Virus record (IMG/VR): IMGVR_UViG_3300032257_000032
Coordinates: 1-43,025 of that record
Length of the DNA stretch: 43,025 nucleotides
Reading direction: 5' to 3' (one strand)
DNA from: a virus
Lineage: Duplodnaviria; Caudoviricetes
Positions 7,664-19,214 of this stretch are shown in pieces (positions within the stretch are counted from its first letter, which is position 1; each line of letters starts with the position of its first letter). Under the pieces are notes generated by a model. That model was given only the letters and a program-made list of their open reading frames with translations. It made no database searches and was not told the DNA's origin. The translations under genes were made by a program, and so were the position numbers.

Positions 7664-10600
7664 TTAGTATTCGTATGTGTTAATTATATCCGCAATGCCT
7701 TCTTGCTTAGTAGCATTACCCAGTAGCCTATCAGCAAAGGTGTTATCTAATCCTGCATAAGCTGTATTGAGTGCAGTATTCCAGCCTCTTGCAGTACCTC
7801 CAGCATCTAAGTACTTCTGCATGACACCTCCTATCTCACCATCACTTTCCCCTCTAGTGATAGTTCTAAGAGTATTTATAGCATCACGTCTGTTACCAGA
7901 ATCAATAGCATCATAGTATTTACCAGAGTACTTTAAGGTTCTAAGGCTCTGCTCTTTCATAGGTCTAGAACCCATGACTCTAGACATTGTTGCCCAGCCT
8001 CCTACCTCACTCTCATTAGATACTTGCTGGCCTGATCTATCTAGAGAGTAACCTAAACCTAACTCAGTCAACCTTGCGGCAGGACGCCATAAGCTCTGGC
8101 TAGCAACGCCCTCACCAAAGGCTCTGAATACATCCTTACCTCCAGCAGTAGAAAAGGCATTAGCCATACCTGACATAGTATTCCAAGCAAAGGCTATACC
8201 ATCTTTATAGGCATTGAATACAGGAGGAGCAAACTGGAAGCCATCACCTTTAAGTGTAATAGGGCTACGTACTTGTAAGTCCCCACGAGTCTGCACAGCC
8301 GTCTGGAATAGTGTACTAGGGAAACCAAATAGCGCATACTCAGCAGCACTCCTGCTCTGATCTGAGTCATCACCTAAAGCTTTATAGAGTGTCTGTCTAA
8401 TATCTTGGTGAGAGTTAGGATCTCCTACATACTCACCTAGTATATCATTAAACAGATCAAAGCCAGGGAGAGACTCTACACCAAACATAGATGCTTGCCC
8501 ACCTAGTAATAAACCTAAAGCTTTCTTATCTCCACGTTCTACATACCTTGCCATGTTCTGTGCCATAGTGAGCATGAAGGTCTGGTATAAACCTACTGTT
8601 GCTCCTAAAGCTCCTTGGAATAAAGCAGGTCTTTGTCTAGCATTATAGTTACCCATGGTGCGTAGAGTAAAGGCATTAGCAAAGGCTTCTAATACTTCAT
8701 CAGCACCATCTGGAAATTTAGACTGTGCCATACGGTAGCCTGTAGCATAGGACATCTCTCTTACAGAGTGCTCTGCCCAGTCTGAAGGCTTAGTTAATGT
8801 ATTCCAAACCTTAGCAAAAGCAGTATCATTCTTATGCTTACCAAACTTATCCTTAGCTTCTAGCTTAGATATAAAGCCAGTCTTGGTATGGGTAGACTCT
8901 ATGATATCCGTAACTTCAGAGGTTACTCGCTTAGTATACTTGAGGTCAGAGGCTTTCTTCATGATAGCCATAGACGCTTCATCCTTACCCATCATGAGTT
9001 TGATACCATCTATCATAGACTTTAATGGGTACTGCTGACTCTTAAGCTCTGCTCCTAGTATTACAGGTAAACTCATAATAGTTACAGCAGCATGACTAAC
9101 CTCAAACAATCTAAGGTTAAGTGCTACAAGCACAGCACTATTGCGGGCTATTAGATTTTGTGCGGCACCCGCCTCTATATGCTTATTCTTTTTAACCATA
9201 TAAGAGTCAAAGTCTTTCCAAGGCATCGGTACACCATCAGCTTCTAGCTTAGCAACTAAGTCTGTATATTCACCAGAGCCTACCTGTTTAGCAAAGGTAG
9301 TTTTAGCCCCATCTACTGCTCGTATAGCTTTGTTCATCCCAGCAGTAAAGAAGTTATTAGCAGACTCAAATAAGGGAGCATCCTCTATCTTAGACACACC
9401 TAACAAAGTCTTATATACCAACTCAGCTGTGTTATCCCTGAGAGACTTAGAGCCTTCAGAGTTATATCGTCTACTATGTGCTATGTTAGATTCTAACGCA
9501 TCAAAGACTTTAGAGTTAGTAAGCTTAAATACTGCACGCTTATTCTTCCAAGTCTCCTTCTCTAGTGCAGCCATTATATTATCTAGGCCACTAGCATCTA
9601 CAGGCACGTCAGTATTAGCAAAGCCACCTTTACTTTTCTGTGAGTCTGCGCGTCTAACATGCTCTGTACGTGCATAGCCATGATGGTCATTCCATTCATC
9701 TAGGTTAGACTTATTAGTTATAACCTTCATGTTAGGATTATGGTTAGACTTCTCAAAGTCTGCTATGTTAGTTGCTAAGTCTTCAGCTGTCCTACCTGTA
9801 ATACGTTGTAAGTCTTTGGCATTGGCTGTATTAATTACATAGGCCACTAGCCCATCATCTATCTGGCTATCAGGTAACCATATACCTCTACCTGTAGTAA
9901 CATCCTTACCTTGTAGTTTCTTTTGTAAGTTTATATCAGCTAAGAACTCTGCCTGCATACCGCCAGGTCTAGTCCAGTCAGCAAAGAACTCAGCATTCTC
10001 TCTCTGTAATACTATGTCTTCACCACCCTCTGAGTACTTAAGGTACTTAGCTGGAGTATCACCCTTAGCTGGCTGAGTTATAATCTTACGGAGTGTTTGG
10101 TCATATTTAAGTAGCTTACCAGCTTCACCATCTATAGCCTCCAAAGCATTACGTACTTGGTAGAACTGGGTTCTAGCTACAGGGTTAGCAGATATCTCTT
10201 GGAATAAGGGGCGTACTGCATCCTTAACAGCAGATGCTCTATTTCGTACTAGCTCATCAAACTTCTGTGCCATAGTAGTTACCATTCTGCCTATGTCTCC
10301 TAGGTTACGTAAGGCAAAGTCAGTGGCTGTGTATACACCCTTACTACCAGTCTGGCTAGCAGTAATAACATCTAGATTAGCCTCTATCATAGCCATATCC
10401 CCACCACTAGTAGCTCTAGTCTGGGACTGCATATGCTCTGTACCATGGGTAAGTGTGTCATTCTCTTGCAAGACCTTATTAAGGTTCTGCATTTGGTCAG
10501 CATCTAGCAGATGAACATTAGCCATCTCCTCCTGCCTAGCAGCAGTTAAGCCTGCACCACGTATCTCTACCATAGAAGGCTTAAGATGTGTAGTTAAGTC

Positions 10601-12622
10601 CGCAGAATTATATACTATATAGTTAAGGTCTGGTACAACCTCATGCCCATTCTCTACAGATTTGAGCACAGTAGCCAATGGAGTATTAGTAGCCTTAGCT
10701 GCCTGCTCAGGACTGAATCCCTCTCTAACCATTTGCTTTATAGTATCAGCCTTCTTAGCCTTGATAGCAGACTCTAATTGCTCAGCTCCAAAGTAAGCCT
10801 TACCTTCAAACATAACCTTTATAGGGTCATCTAACTCTTTACTGAATCTATTCACATAAGTTAATGCTGCCTGTAAGTCTGGTAAGTTCTCATCAGCTAC
10901 ACGCAATTCAGGGAAACCCTTAGTTAGCTTAGACTCTGCTACAGCGGCATTAGCAAAAGCTTCATCATTCCTATAGATAGAAAACTTAGTAGGGTTATAG
11001 CTAGAGTCATTCTCAAATATCTTATACCTAGCATTAGGTGCCCAGCCTGGGTTATCCGCTATGCCTTGTAGTACCTTAGCCTCTATAGATCCAATGATCT
11101 TAGGCTTACCAAAGTAATTAGTTATTACAGCGGTAGGCTTAGCTAGGGTAAGCATAGTGTTAAAGTCTTCTGGCTTTATAGCCCAGTCTCGTAACTGTCT
11201 TAACTTCTCAGCGTTACCTTGATCTGCACTTTTAGCTCTAGCCTCTAACTGAAGTCTAGCTTTACGAGTTATAGCTTTACCATCAGCAGCCACAATGTCT
11301 ACATTACCCACTAGGTTAGAATGTAACCAAGCAAGCTCTGGAGAACTAGCATCGCCTAAGACACTAAAGCTAGGAACCTCTATAGTTTTAATACCATCAA
11401 GGTCTAGTATCCTAATAGACTCAGGCATGATAGCTACTTCGTCTGTAGGCTTAACTAAGGTAGATAAGAAGTCTTCTGCATCATTAATCTTTAAATGCGT
11501 AACACCTGTAGACTTATCCTTTACTGCCTTAGCAATAGTGTTTATACCAGCAGCGGAATCTAAGCCAAATATGCCTAGGCTTTCTGCCCCATTAAGAGCT
11601 TGAGGATCCTTAGTAAGGATCTGCATTACCATCTCTATAGGGTTAGCTTCTCCGGAACCTCGCTGTGAGTCTGCTATCTGTATAACCTTGTCATTCTTAC
11701 CTTTAGGCAGAGCTTCAAACGTATCCTGTAACTCCTTAGTAGACATGTTATGTACAACATCTTCCATTAAGTTCTTAGTCTTTAGAACCTGTGCATCTAG
11801 CTGGTTAGCTATTGCTTTTGCTGAGTCTTCAGACAAGCTATCTAAGGCATTAAGCTGAGACTTTAACAAGCTCTGATATGTAGCTAATTTTTGCCCGTTA
11901 GTATGCCCTGCCGCAGTAAGACTTACTGGTGTAGTAGGAGTAGTCTTAGCTTGTATCCATTCCTCTACTTGCTTAGCTTCTAATGAGTATTGATTCTTTC
12001 TTACTAGCCAGTTAATCGGGGCAAAGATACCGCCTAGTGCTGCGCCTATAGCAAAGTCTGACGCATCATAGTTCTCCATGTAGGAGTGGCCTTGGAACAT
12101 ACCAGCTATAGCTGTCTCATATATGACTGCCTCAGCAACACCCTCTACCATAGACCAAGTTCTCTGGCCTTTCATGGCTGCTCTATACGCGTCAGTATGT
12201 AGCTCATCAGCTTTAATAAGTCTGAGAGCCTCCTCTTTGTTTGCAGTAATCTTATCGTTAAGCCTAGCCGGTACATTGAATCTGCTATTAGCAAACATGC
12301 CACCCTTAGCAGCTCTAGCTGTACGTATACCCCAAGCAGCTACAGACCCAGGTAAGAATACACCTCCAACAAAGGAGGCTAACTCTACACCATCTCTATG
12401 CTCCTCATAAAAGCTAGCTGCACCTTCTGCACCAAAGTAGTTAAGCACATCAGATGTCTCTAGTTCAGAGTCTTCAAATAAGAATGTATTAGCAATAGAT
12501 TTAGCTATGTCACCTATAACTGCAATGGGTGCTTCATATAAGTCATTAAGCTCAAAGCCTGATTCTTCTTCTTGTGAAGTTTCTAGCCCATAGGATAGAG
12601 CTAAGTCATACTTACTAGCCAT
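7664..12622 (-). CDS. Large internal virion/DNA ejection protein
   Basis: 1652 aa, last late gene, helical with hydrophobic Gly/Ala segments at both ends. Confidence 0.75.
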   Translation of the reverse strand: MASKYDLALSYGLETSQEEESGFELNDLYEAPIAVIGDIAKSIANTFLFEDSELETSDVLNYFGAEGAASFYEEHRDGVELASFVGGVFLPGSVAAWGIRTARAAKGGMFANSRFNVPARLNDKITANKEEALRLIKADELHTDAYRAAMKGQRTWSMVEGVAEAVIYETAIAGMFQGHSYMENYDASDFAIGAALGGIFAPINWLVRKNQYSLEAKQVEEWIQAKTTPTTPVSLTAAGHTNGQKLATYQSLLKSQLNALDSLSEDSAKAIANQLDAQVLKTKNLMEDVVHNMSTKELQDTFEALPKGKNDKVIQIADSQRGSGEANPIEMVMQILTKDPQALNGAESLGIFGLDSAAGINTIAKAVKDKSTGVTHLKINDAEDFLSTLVKPTDEVAIMPESIRILDLDGIKTIEVPSFSVLGDASSPELAWLHSNLVGNVDIVAADGKAITRKARLQLEARAKSADQGNAEKLRQLRDWAIKPEDFNTMLTLAKPTAVITNYFGKPKIIGSIEAKVLQGIADNPGWAPNARYKIFENDSSYNPTKFSIYRNDEAFANAAVAESKLTKGFPELRVADENLPDLQAALTYVNRFSKELDDPIKVMFEGKAYFGAEQLESAIKAKKADTIKQMVREGFSPEQAAKATNTPLATVLKSVENGHEVVPDLNYIVYNSADLTTHLKPSMVEIRGAGLTAARQEEMANVHLLDADQMQNLNKVLQENDTLTHGTEHMQSQTRATSGGDMAMIEANLDVITASQTGSKGVYTATDFALRNLGDIGRMVTTMAQKFDELVRNRASAVKDAVRPLFQEISANPVARTQFYQVRNALEAIDGEAGKLLKYDQTLRKIITQPAKGDTPAKYLKYSEGGEDIVLQRENAEFFADWTRPGGMQAEFLADINLQKKLQGKDVTTGRGIWLPDSQIDDGLVAYVINTANAKDLQRITGRTAEDLATNIADFEKSNHNPNMKVITNKSNLDEWNDHHGYARTEHVRRADSQKSKGGFANTDVPVDASGLDNIMAALEKETWKNKRAVFKLTNSKVFDALESNIAHSRRYNSEGSKSLRDNTAELVYKTLLGVSKIEDAPLFESANNFFTAGMNKAIRAVDGAKTTFAKQVGSGEYTDLVAKLEADGVPMPWKDFDSYMVKKNKHIEAGAAQNLIARNSAVLVALNLRLFEVSHAAVTIMSLPVILGAELKSQQYPLKSMIDGIKLMMGKDEASMAIMKKASDLKYTKRVTSEVTDIIESTHTKTGFISKLEAKDKFGKHKNDTAFAKVWNTLTKPSDWAEHSVREMSYATGYRMAQSKFPDGADEVLEAFANAFTLRTMGNYNARQRPALFQGALGATVGLYQTFMLTMAQNMARYVERGDKKALGLLLGGQASMFGVESLPGFDLFNDILGEYVGDPNSHQDIRQTLYKALGDDSDQSRSAAEYALFGFPSTLFQTAVQTRGDLQVRSPITLKGDGFQFAPPVFNAYKDGIAFAWNTMSGMANAFSTAGGKDVFRAFGEGVASQSLWRPAARLTELGLGYSLDRSGQQVSNESEVGGWATMSRVMGSRPMKEQSLRTLKYSGKYYDAIDSGNRRDAINTLRTITRGESDGEIGGVMQKYLDAGGTARGWNTALNTAYAGLDNTFADRLLGNATKQEGIADIINTYEY

Positions 12623-14226
12623 TATAAATCTCCAGACCTTAAGGCATTAACTAGGTAATCTGCGGGTAATGTAAGACCTAACCTTCCTAGCTTTCTATTA
12701 AAGTCTGAAGTATAGGTGGTAGCAAGGAAATTACTTAAAGCCATTAAGCCTACCCTTGGATTACTTGATGTTTCTGCCGCTACTTCTAATGCGGCATTAT
12801 TAAGCTTTAATAGATCATTAGGCTGATCTATAGTCTTAGCCTTATCAAATATCTTAAGCAGAGTACTACTAACAGCTGGGGATAGCCCAGCCTTATTTAA
12901 GTAGTCAGCATCTACTGTACCAAGCAAGTTAGTAACAGCCTCATTCCTTACTAGGTTAGAGGTCTTAGCTATATAGGATTCTCTAGCCTTAGTCTTAACT
13001 TTTAAGTCTATAGCTGTTTGATCAGCAGTAGTCCTTACATCCTTCTTAAGCTTAACTATATCCTTATGTGCATTTGCAGCTTTCTCTGATTCATCCCAAA
13101 GGATCTGCATACGATCAGCTAACTCTACAGCCTCTGGAACTTTATCAGCTATAGCCTGAGCAGCTAACCGGCCTTCTATAATCTTACCTTGGCTGAAGTA
13201 AGTATTAGAGGTCTCAGTCTGATTTGTCTCTGAGTCTTTTAAGAACTTCATAGTAGCTAGAGAATCTGCATCTTTTCCTTGAGCTGTAGACTCTACATTT
13301 ATACCCATAGATTCAGCAAAGGATACAGTAGAAGGCTTTAATGGTACAATACTCTTACCTATATTAGATCTATTTGTGGCAGCACTTGCTAAGCTTCTCT
13401 CAGCTGTAGCAGCACTAGCTAACGCAGCAGCCTTAGTTTCAGCCTGCTTAAGCAAAGCTGCATCTTGCGGATATCGCTTAATGTACTCACGCTCAACCTT
13501 AGCATCATGCAGCTTATAAGCAAGCTCCAGCTCTTGGTCAGCTTTAGTATTAATCTCTCCAGCACTAGCTGTAATCTCTCGCATCATCTCTTGCATAGCT
13601 AAGGATTCAGGCTTAAGCTCCTCTGATAAAGCATTCCTCCTTTCTTGTACAGAAGAAGTAAGCTCAGCTACATAGTTAGTGTAGTCTTCTACGTTAGTGG
13701 CAGCAGAAGCTCCCTCAGTAGGAGCATAGGTTGGATGCTTCCAGCTAGCTGAAGGGTTAATACTTTCATCTGGTATATTAAACGTACCTGTATTAGCTAG
13801 CACCTCTTGATCTTCTGGAGATATATAGATGTTACCAGCAGGATTAACTCCCGCAGCTACGTCTCCTAGTTCAGGTAGCTGATCTGTAAACTCTGGTATC
13901 TCACCTCGGCCTCTAGCCTGTGCAGCACCCTGTCTGATACGCTGAGCTATAGCCTCTCTACCACTAGGTAATGGCTGAGCTGGAACAGCACCTGCTATAA
14001 GTTCTTGCAATAACTGCTCTGCACCGACAGCTCCTACATTAGGATCTAAGTTATTTACATCAACAGGCTGCTCTTGGTAAGGCTGTCGATCAAGGCTAGC
14101 TAGCTCTTGAATAATAGCTGTTAGCTGCAAGTCCTCATCTAGGTCAGACGCAGGAGCATAGCCACCATACACATCTGGTTCTGTAGCTGAAGGGGCATTT
14201 AATAGTTCTTCAAGTGTGATAGCCAT
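12622..14226 (-). CDS. Probable internal virion protein
   Basis: Ala-rich helical, TAATG-coupled, position. Confidence 0.6.
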   Translation of the reverse strand: MAITLEELLNAPSATEPDVYGGYAPASDLDEDLQLTAIIQELASLDRQPYQEQPVDVNNLDPNVGAVGAEQLLQELIAGAVPAQPLPSGREAIAQRIRQGAAQARGRGEIPEFTDQLPELGDVAAGVNPAGNIYISPEDQEVLANTGTFNIPDESINPSASWKHPTYAPTEGASAATNVEDYTNYVAELTSSVQERRNALSEELKPESLAMQEMMREITASAGEINTKADQELELAYKLHDAKVEREYIKRYPQDAALLKQAETKAAALASAATAERSLASAATNRSNIGKSIVPLKPSTVSFAESMGINVESTAQGKDADSLATMKFLKDSETNQTETSNTYFSQGKIIEGRLAAQAIADKVPEAVELADRMQILWDESEKAANAHKDIVKLKKDVRTTADQTAIDLKVKTKARESYIAKTSNLVRNEAVTNLLGTVDADYLNKAGLSPAVSSTLLKIFDKAKTIDQPNDLLKLNNAALEVAAETSSNPRVGLMALSNFLATTYTSDFNRKLGRLGLTLPADYLVNALRSGDL

Positions 14227-15137
14227 TATATTAACCCCTTAGTTAGCATGTTACGCAGCTCTCGTCTAGCCTCTACCTCAGCACGCCTATTAGTTACAAA
14301 GTTATTACCTCCACCACCAGCTCTAGTGTATATCTGATTGTATAGAGACCCACCTATAAGGGACTCAAGCTGAGCAACCATGGCTGAGTTCTCTGCAAAG
14401 GTAGGGGTATTAGGATTACCACTAGATGCATTGCTATTACCAGTAGTTCTAGAAGCAGAGCTAGAGGAGGAGCTAGACTCATTAGTTCTTACTATCTGAT
14501 CTAGTATCTCAGTAGCGGTAGAGTCCGTATTAGTCTTCTCATATGCGCCCTTACCAGTATTAAGTATGCCCAGTATAAGCTCCGATAGCTCATCCGGCCC
14601 ACTAGCTGCTTGTAAGAGAGACTGATCTACTCCACGCTGGTTAGCAGCAAAGTCATTAATAGCCTGTAAGACTACCCTACTCTGGGCTTCGCCTGTTCTA
14701 GTAGCAGCATCCTGTTGTAATAATGCTTGTACAGCACCACCACTAGCACCACTAGCCTCAACAGCCCCAGTTATCTGTGGGTTGATCTGCTCAAGCAATG
14801 TTCTAGTAAGTCCTGCGACATCACCCTGAGCTGCAGCTCTAGCACTACTCTGAGAGTATTGGCCACGCTGACTTTCTAGATCAGCTATTAAGTTGTTTAT
14901 AGAACTCTGCCTATTACGAAAGTTCTGTGAACCTCCGCTTTTAGCTTGATTAAGCAGCGCGTTATAAGCAGCCCTAGAGTTAGGATCAAATCTGTCAACT
15001 ATAGAAGTACCTTTAGTCCTAGTAGTCCTAGTCCCGCTGGTTCTAACAGTTGAGTTCTTAGAACTCTTAGAGCTCTGGTTCTGGTCAAAGCTACCATCTG
15101 GGGTAGAGCCAGTTCTAGTTCCGAATACGACAGGCAT
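14226..15137 (-). CDS. Probable DNA ejection/pilot protein
   Basis: Ser/Thr-rich flanks, Gln/Ala-rich core with SGASGG motif. Confidence 0.6.
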   Translation of the reverse strand: MPVVFGTRTGSTPDGSFDQNQSSKSSKNSTVRTSGTRTTRTKGTSIVDRFDPNSRAAYNALLNQAKSGGSQNFRNRQSSINNLIADLESQRGQYSQSSARAAAQGDVAGLTRTLLEQINPQITGAVEASGASGGAVQALLQQDAATRTGEAQSRVVLQAINDFAANQRGVDQSLLQAASGPDELSELILGILNTGKGAYEKTNTDSTATEILDQIVRTNESSSSSSSASRTTGNSNASSGNPNTPTFAENSAMVAQLESLIGGSLYNQIYTRAGGGGNNFVTNRRAEVEARRELRNMLTKGLI

Positions 15138-15451
15138 TATCTGTACCTCTTATCTTGAGCTTGAATGAATGGGGCTAGTACATCCCTTAGTTCGGGCATA
15201 GATGCTAGCACTGTACTTAATGTATTAGTTCTTCCATGAAAGGGTGCGAAACCTCGGTATCTGCCATCGCCAGCTTCTCCTGAAGCACTAGCCTTAGTCT
15301 CTGATCTAGTATTGCGATCTGCAGTCAGAGCTTCTTGAATATCTAGCCCTACCAATAAACTCTTAAGCTTATTGACCGCCTCGTCTTGCTGTCTATAGCT
15401 AAGATCTACTGGGGACAGACTAAGCTTAGCTTTCAAATCATCTATTAGCAT
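15137..15451 (-). CDS. Small virion-module protein
   Basis: Translationally coupled ORF. Confidence 0.7.
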   Translation of the reverse strand: MLIDDLKAKLSLSPVDLSYRQQDEAVNKLKSLLVGLDIQEALTADRNTRSETKASASGEAGDGRYRGFAPFHGRTNTLSTVLASMPELRDVLAPFIQAQDKRYR

Positions 15452-18400
15452 GTTTATATCCTTCTAGCTCTACGTAAGTTAGATTGAATTTACCTTTGAT
15501 TACAATGTTAAACCATTTTGCTACTGATGTCAAATAGAAATCGTAACTTGGTGCGGTTATCGTAGGGCTATCTACGTCATAAGCCCACTCTATAACCCTA
15601 CCATCTATACTAAGCTCAGCAGTCACTGTACAGTTAACATACCCTTTAAATCCTAGTGATGCCTTAGTTAAGCAGGTAGTACCAGACTTACTTAATTGGA
15701 ACTTACCTAATACTAAGTAGGAATCTGTAGGCTCATCTGTAAGTATCTTAACAGTATCGTCTATACCATATACAGCTAAGCCTGCATAGTCTGAGCCATA
15801 AGCGTTATTATGGGCTTCATACAGATTCTCTACCTTATAGCCCATCTGATTGATAGGGTTCATACTGAATATAGACTTGAAGTCTAACTCTGCCTGTCCC
15901 CATTTACCTGTATAGGTATCATAAACAAAGGCCATAGAGAATTCAGGGTAAGCTGATAAGTTCCAACTAGCTGGCTGGAATGCTGCTACTCCTGTGTTAA
16001 GCCCTGTCTCTACTCCAGTGCCTAGGTACTGAATGTCGGTCTGATTGTCCCTAGACCTATGCATAGAGACTCGCTTAGGCTCTGTATCTAAGCTAATAAG
16101 CAAGTATCGATCAGATACATAGGATAGGTGTATAGGTAGATTGAACTTCTCTATCCACGCTGTTAGCTCTTTAGCTGCAAACTTATCCTGTGCTCCGGCC
16201 ATGTCCAAGGCTATTATACCATTAGCACTGTAATGGAATCCTAAATTGCCTGACTGTGTTATGTGTCTAGGATCTACTACACCAAAGCTCGATACTGGCT
16301 TATACTTGTATACATACTGGCCACCAACATAGGTAGCCCTGATTATATTACCAGTAGCATATACTAGGAACCCATCCTCTGTAGGTACGCACTTAATGAT
16401 CTTACCTTTAATAGAATCTACAGTTACTACATTAGCTTGCGTCTGAATAGACGGTGTAAAGTCTATAACATTTTGATTAGACCCTATGTATATAGCATTG
16501 AGATAGTCCCAAGCTATAAGCCTTCCACGTCCTGTACATATACCCTCTACATTAGCAAGCTTAACTAGCGCATTAGATGTAGCTCCTGCCACATTGACTT
16601 CTGTACCAGAGTTAGTAACTGTAACTAGTGGGTCAGTCCCAAGTGGCGAGTATATAGCTAGGCTTATATCGCCCTGGTAGGTAGCCTCTGACGGAGTAGT
16701 AACAGTTATAGATGCTCCTGTATCGTATACTTGGTATAAGGCTTCTAGCTGTGCAAGCATCTGAGTTGTAGACATACCAGGAGTTAATGATGTATTGCTG
16801 CTAGCTAAGCTTAATGTTTGTAAGGACTTAGTCTTATAGCCAGTAACAGTAGCAGTAGAGTTAATTACTGCATCTTCTAATGTAGGGTTACAATAGATTA
16901 TAGTTCCCATGTTGGCTGATATACTAAGGGCAAGAGGCTCATTACCCCTTAATGCTCTAGTCAGCATAGTGCTATCCCTAGTAATATTAACCATACCTAC
17001 AGTACCTACATTAGCAGTAGCTATCCATGGTCTATAGTCTTCTACGTCTGGAGTACCTGGGCCTGGAGCACCTGTACGATTAAAGTCATCCGCATAAGCT
17101 ACAGCATAGCCGGACTTACCAGCATCATTAGTATAAGCACCACTCCAAGAATTATAGGCATAGAAGCCGAACATGATTACAGTATAATTGCCCCCTGTAG
17201 TAAATGCTATATCGAGGTCTATAGAGTAGTTAACTACTGGATTAGACGGGACTGTTGCATCAGCAGTAGGAGTTATAGATGTAGCTACTAAGGTTCCTTG
17301 GTCGGTTACAGTAATACTTGAGGTATCTACTCCTGCTATATAAGGAAGATAGATATCAAAGTTAGTTATCTGTGCGGTACCATAATCTAGATATACTGTA
17401 GCAAGAATAACTCCAGAGATAGCACATATCCTGCTTTCAACCTCTGCCATAGGAACATAAGTATCTAAGGCACTAGTGTCTATGCTGTAGGTAGTCCCGT
17501 TCTGTATTATATCTATAGTCTCGCTATTAGCTAAGTCTACAGTAATATTATACTTGGCATAAGTAACAGCCCCCGGAGTACTAGTAGGAGCAAGGGCTTG
17601 ATAACCCCAATCATCACCAGTAGGCTGAAGGCTCTTAGTGCCAGGAACAGTGCTGACAGGGTTAGCAAATTCAGCATCTAACCTAAAGTCTCCGTAAGTG
17701 CTAATAGTAGGAGCTGCAGGAAGTATGACATCTCTGTGCTTCTTAACTATCTCTATGCGGTATGATCCATAGTAATCAGCATCCTGTAATAGCCAATTAG
17801 CACTAGGATTACTTACTTGATCTGCTAATAGCCCAGCCACTACCTTCCAGTCAGACTCATTAGTGCCAATCGTGGTGTAAGATAAGCTTAGGTCATCGAA
17901 CACCAGATTGTAGGTATAACCAGCAGACTTACCAGTAGTTATAGACTCAGAGTAATATAGATCCGCATCCCATACAGGGTTTGCAGGAAGTATCATCCCA
18001 GTAACAGCAGTATTATCAGTAAGACTGCCAGTTGCTACTGTGGAAGTTATACCTGTAACACCTCCTATATAGGGAAGATACATATAAACATCAGTAACTG
18101 TGCTTGTGTACTCCCTGCTTAGCCCATACACAGAGTTAGGTATAGTCTCAAGGAAAGTCAGTAAGGTAGTTAGATTAGTATCTGAGTTAGTGCCTACTAA
18201 GCTAATGCTGTAAGTAGTTCCACCATATGTAATATCATACGTACAACTAACATTGAGTGTTAGGGATAGGATAACTCTATCATATAACAGTGTATGATCA
18301 TAGTTACTATTCATAAGGAATGCTATATCTTGATCAGTCACAAAGTCACTTATCACTAAGTCTGAAGAAGTAGCTGAGTCATGTGTAGCTTTAGTAGAAT

Positions 18401-19214
18401 AGGTAGTAGCTAAGGTAGCTATAGCCTGTGTAATATTGACAGTCTCACTTCCAGCTACAACGGAACCGCCATAACCAGACTGTACCCTAATATCAGATAT
18501 AAGCTTTTGGCCTAGGTCAGCTATATACTCATCACCGCGTAAGAATTGTCCTGCTAAGTAGGAGACATAAGCTGCCCCGAATATATTAACTGTGGTATAG
18601 GCAGAGTCTGTAAGTGTTCTATTGACTGTGAATACATAATTATAGACCTTACCCGTGGTAGATATGATGAATAGAGGGTCAAGCTTATCTAGGACTATAG
18701 TACCATGAGCATCGCCATGCAGGTAATAGATATAATCCATACCACGCTGGTATAAGTATAGCTTATTCTTAAGTATAGCATAAGTCCATAAGTCCCAAGG
18801 GCTAATACCCGCATTAGAATTAGAGATGATCTTAGACCATTCTAAGTTTTTACCTTGGTTAAGCGTTATAGTTATATCCGCAGTAACCTCTACCATGCTA
18901 AGAGCTGCATCACCTTCAAGGCTTTTCATATATAGCCCATCTTCAGCAAAGCCTAAGACTATTAGATTACCACCTACAGTTCTATAAGTTACTATTTCTT
19001 GTATATGCCTGAATGCTGGTGAGGTGTTGCCAATACTAGCACCTAACCCAAAGAAAGACTTATAGCCCTCTTGAGTAGGCAGTACATTCTTACCATCATA
19101 AGGGAATACTCTAGGTATCCCTCTATTATCTGAGGCGAATACCCTAGGCAAGGACTCAGGGTCAGTAATGATTAGACCCTCTGCTAGTTCTGCTGATACT
19201 TCACGTGTTGCCAT
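15438..19214 (-). CDS. Tail nozzle/DNA stabilisation protein with large insertion
   Basis: Start MATREV (TAATG overlap); KNVLPTQEGYKS N-terminal motif, propeller-like C-terminal third, T/S-rich middle. Confidence 0.7.
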   Translation of the reverse strand: MATREVSAELAEGLIITDPESLPRVFASDNRGIPRVFPYDGKNVLPTQEGYKSFFGLGASIGNTSPAFRHIQEIVTYRTVGGNLIVLGFAEDGLYMKSLEGDAALSMVEVTADITITLNQGKNLEWSKIISNSNAGISPWDLWTYAILKNKLYLYQRGMDYIYYLHGDAHGTIVLDKLDPLFIISTTGKVYNYVFTVNRTLTDSAYTTVNIFGAAYVSYLAGQFLRGDEYIADLGQKLISDIRVQSGYGGSVVAGSETVNITQAIATLATTYSTKATHDSATSSDLVISDFVTDQDIAFLMNSNYDHTLLYDRVILSLTLNVSCTYDITYGGTTYSISLVGTNSDTNLTTLLTFLETIPNSVYGLSREYTSTVTDVYMYLPYIGGVTGITSTVATGSLTDNTAVTGMILPANPVWDADLYYSESITTGKSAGYTYNLVFDDLSLSYTTIGTNESDWKVVAGLLADQVSNPSANWLLQDADYYGSYRIEIVKKHRDVILPAAPTISTYGDFRLDAEFANPVSTVPGTKSLQPTGDDWGYQALAPTSTPGAVTYAKYNITVDLANSETIDIIQNGTTYSIDTSALDTYVPMAEVESRICAISGVILATVYLDYGTAQITNFDIYLPYIAGVDTSSITVTDQGTLVATSITPTADATVPSNPVVNYSIDLDIAFTTGGNYTVIMFGFYAYNSWSGAYTNDAGKSGYAVAYADDFNRTGAPGPGTPDVEDYRPWIATANVGTVGMVNITRDSTMLTRALRGNEPLALSISANMGTIIYCNPTLEDAVINSTATVTGYKTKSLQTLSLASSNTSLTPGMSTTQMLAQLEALYQVYDTGASITVTTPSEATYQGDISLAIYSPLGTDPLVTVTNSGTEVNVAGATSNALVKLANVEGICTGRGRLIAWDYLNAIYIGSNQNVIDFTPSIQTQANVVTVDSIKGKIIKCVPTEDGFLVYATGNIIRATYVGGQYVYKYKPVSSFGVVDPRHITQSGNLGFHYSANGIIALDMAGAQDKFAAKELTAWIEKFNLPIHLSYVSDRYLLISLDTEPKRVSMHRSRDNQTDIQYLGTGVETGLNTGVAAFQPASWNLSAYPEFSMAFVYDTYTGKWGQAELDFKSIFSMNPINQMGYKVENLYEAHNNAYGSDYAGLAVYGIDDTVKILTDEPTDSYLVLGKFQLSKSGTTCLTKASLGFKGYVNCTVTAELSIDGRVIEWAYDVDSPTITAPSYDFYLTSVAKWFNIVIKGKFNLTYVELEGYKHANR

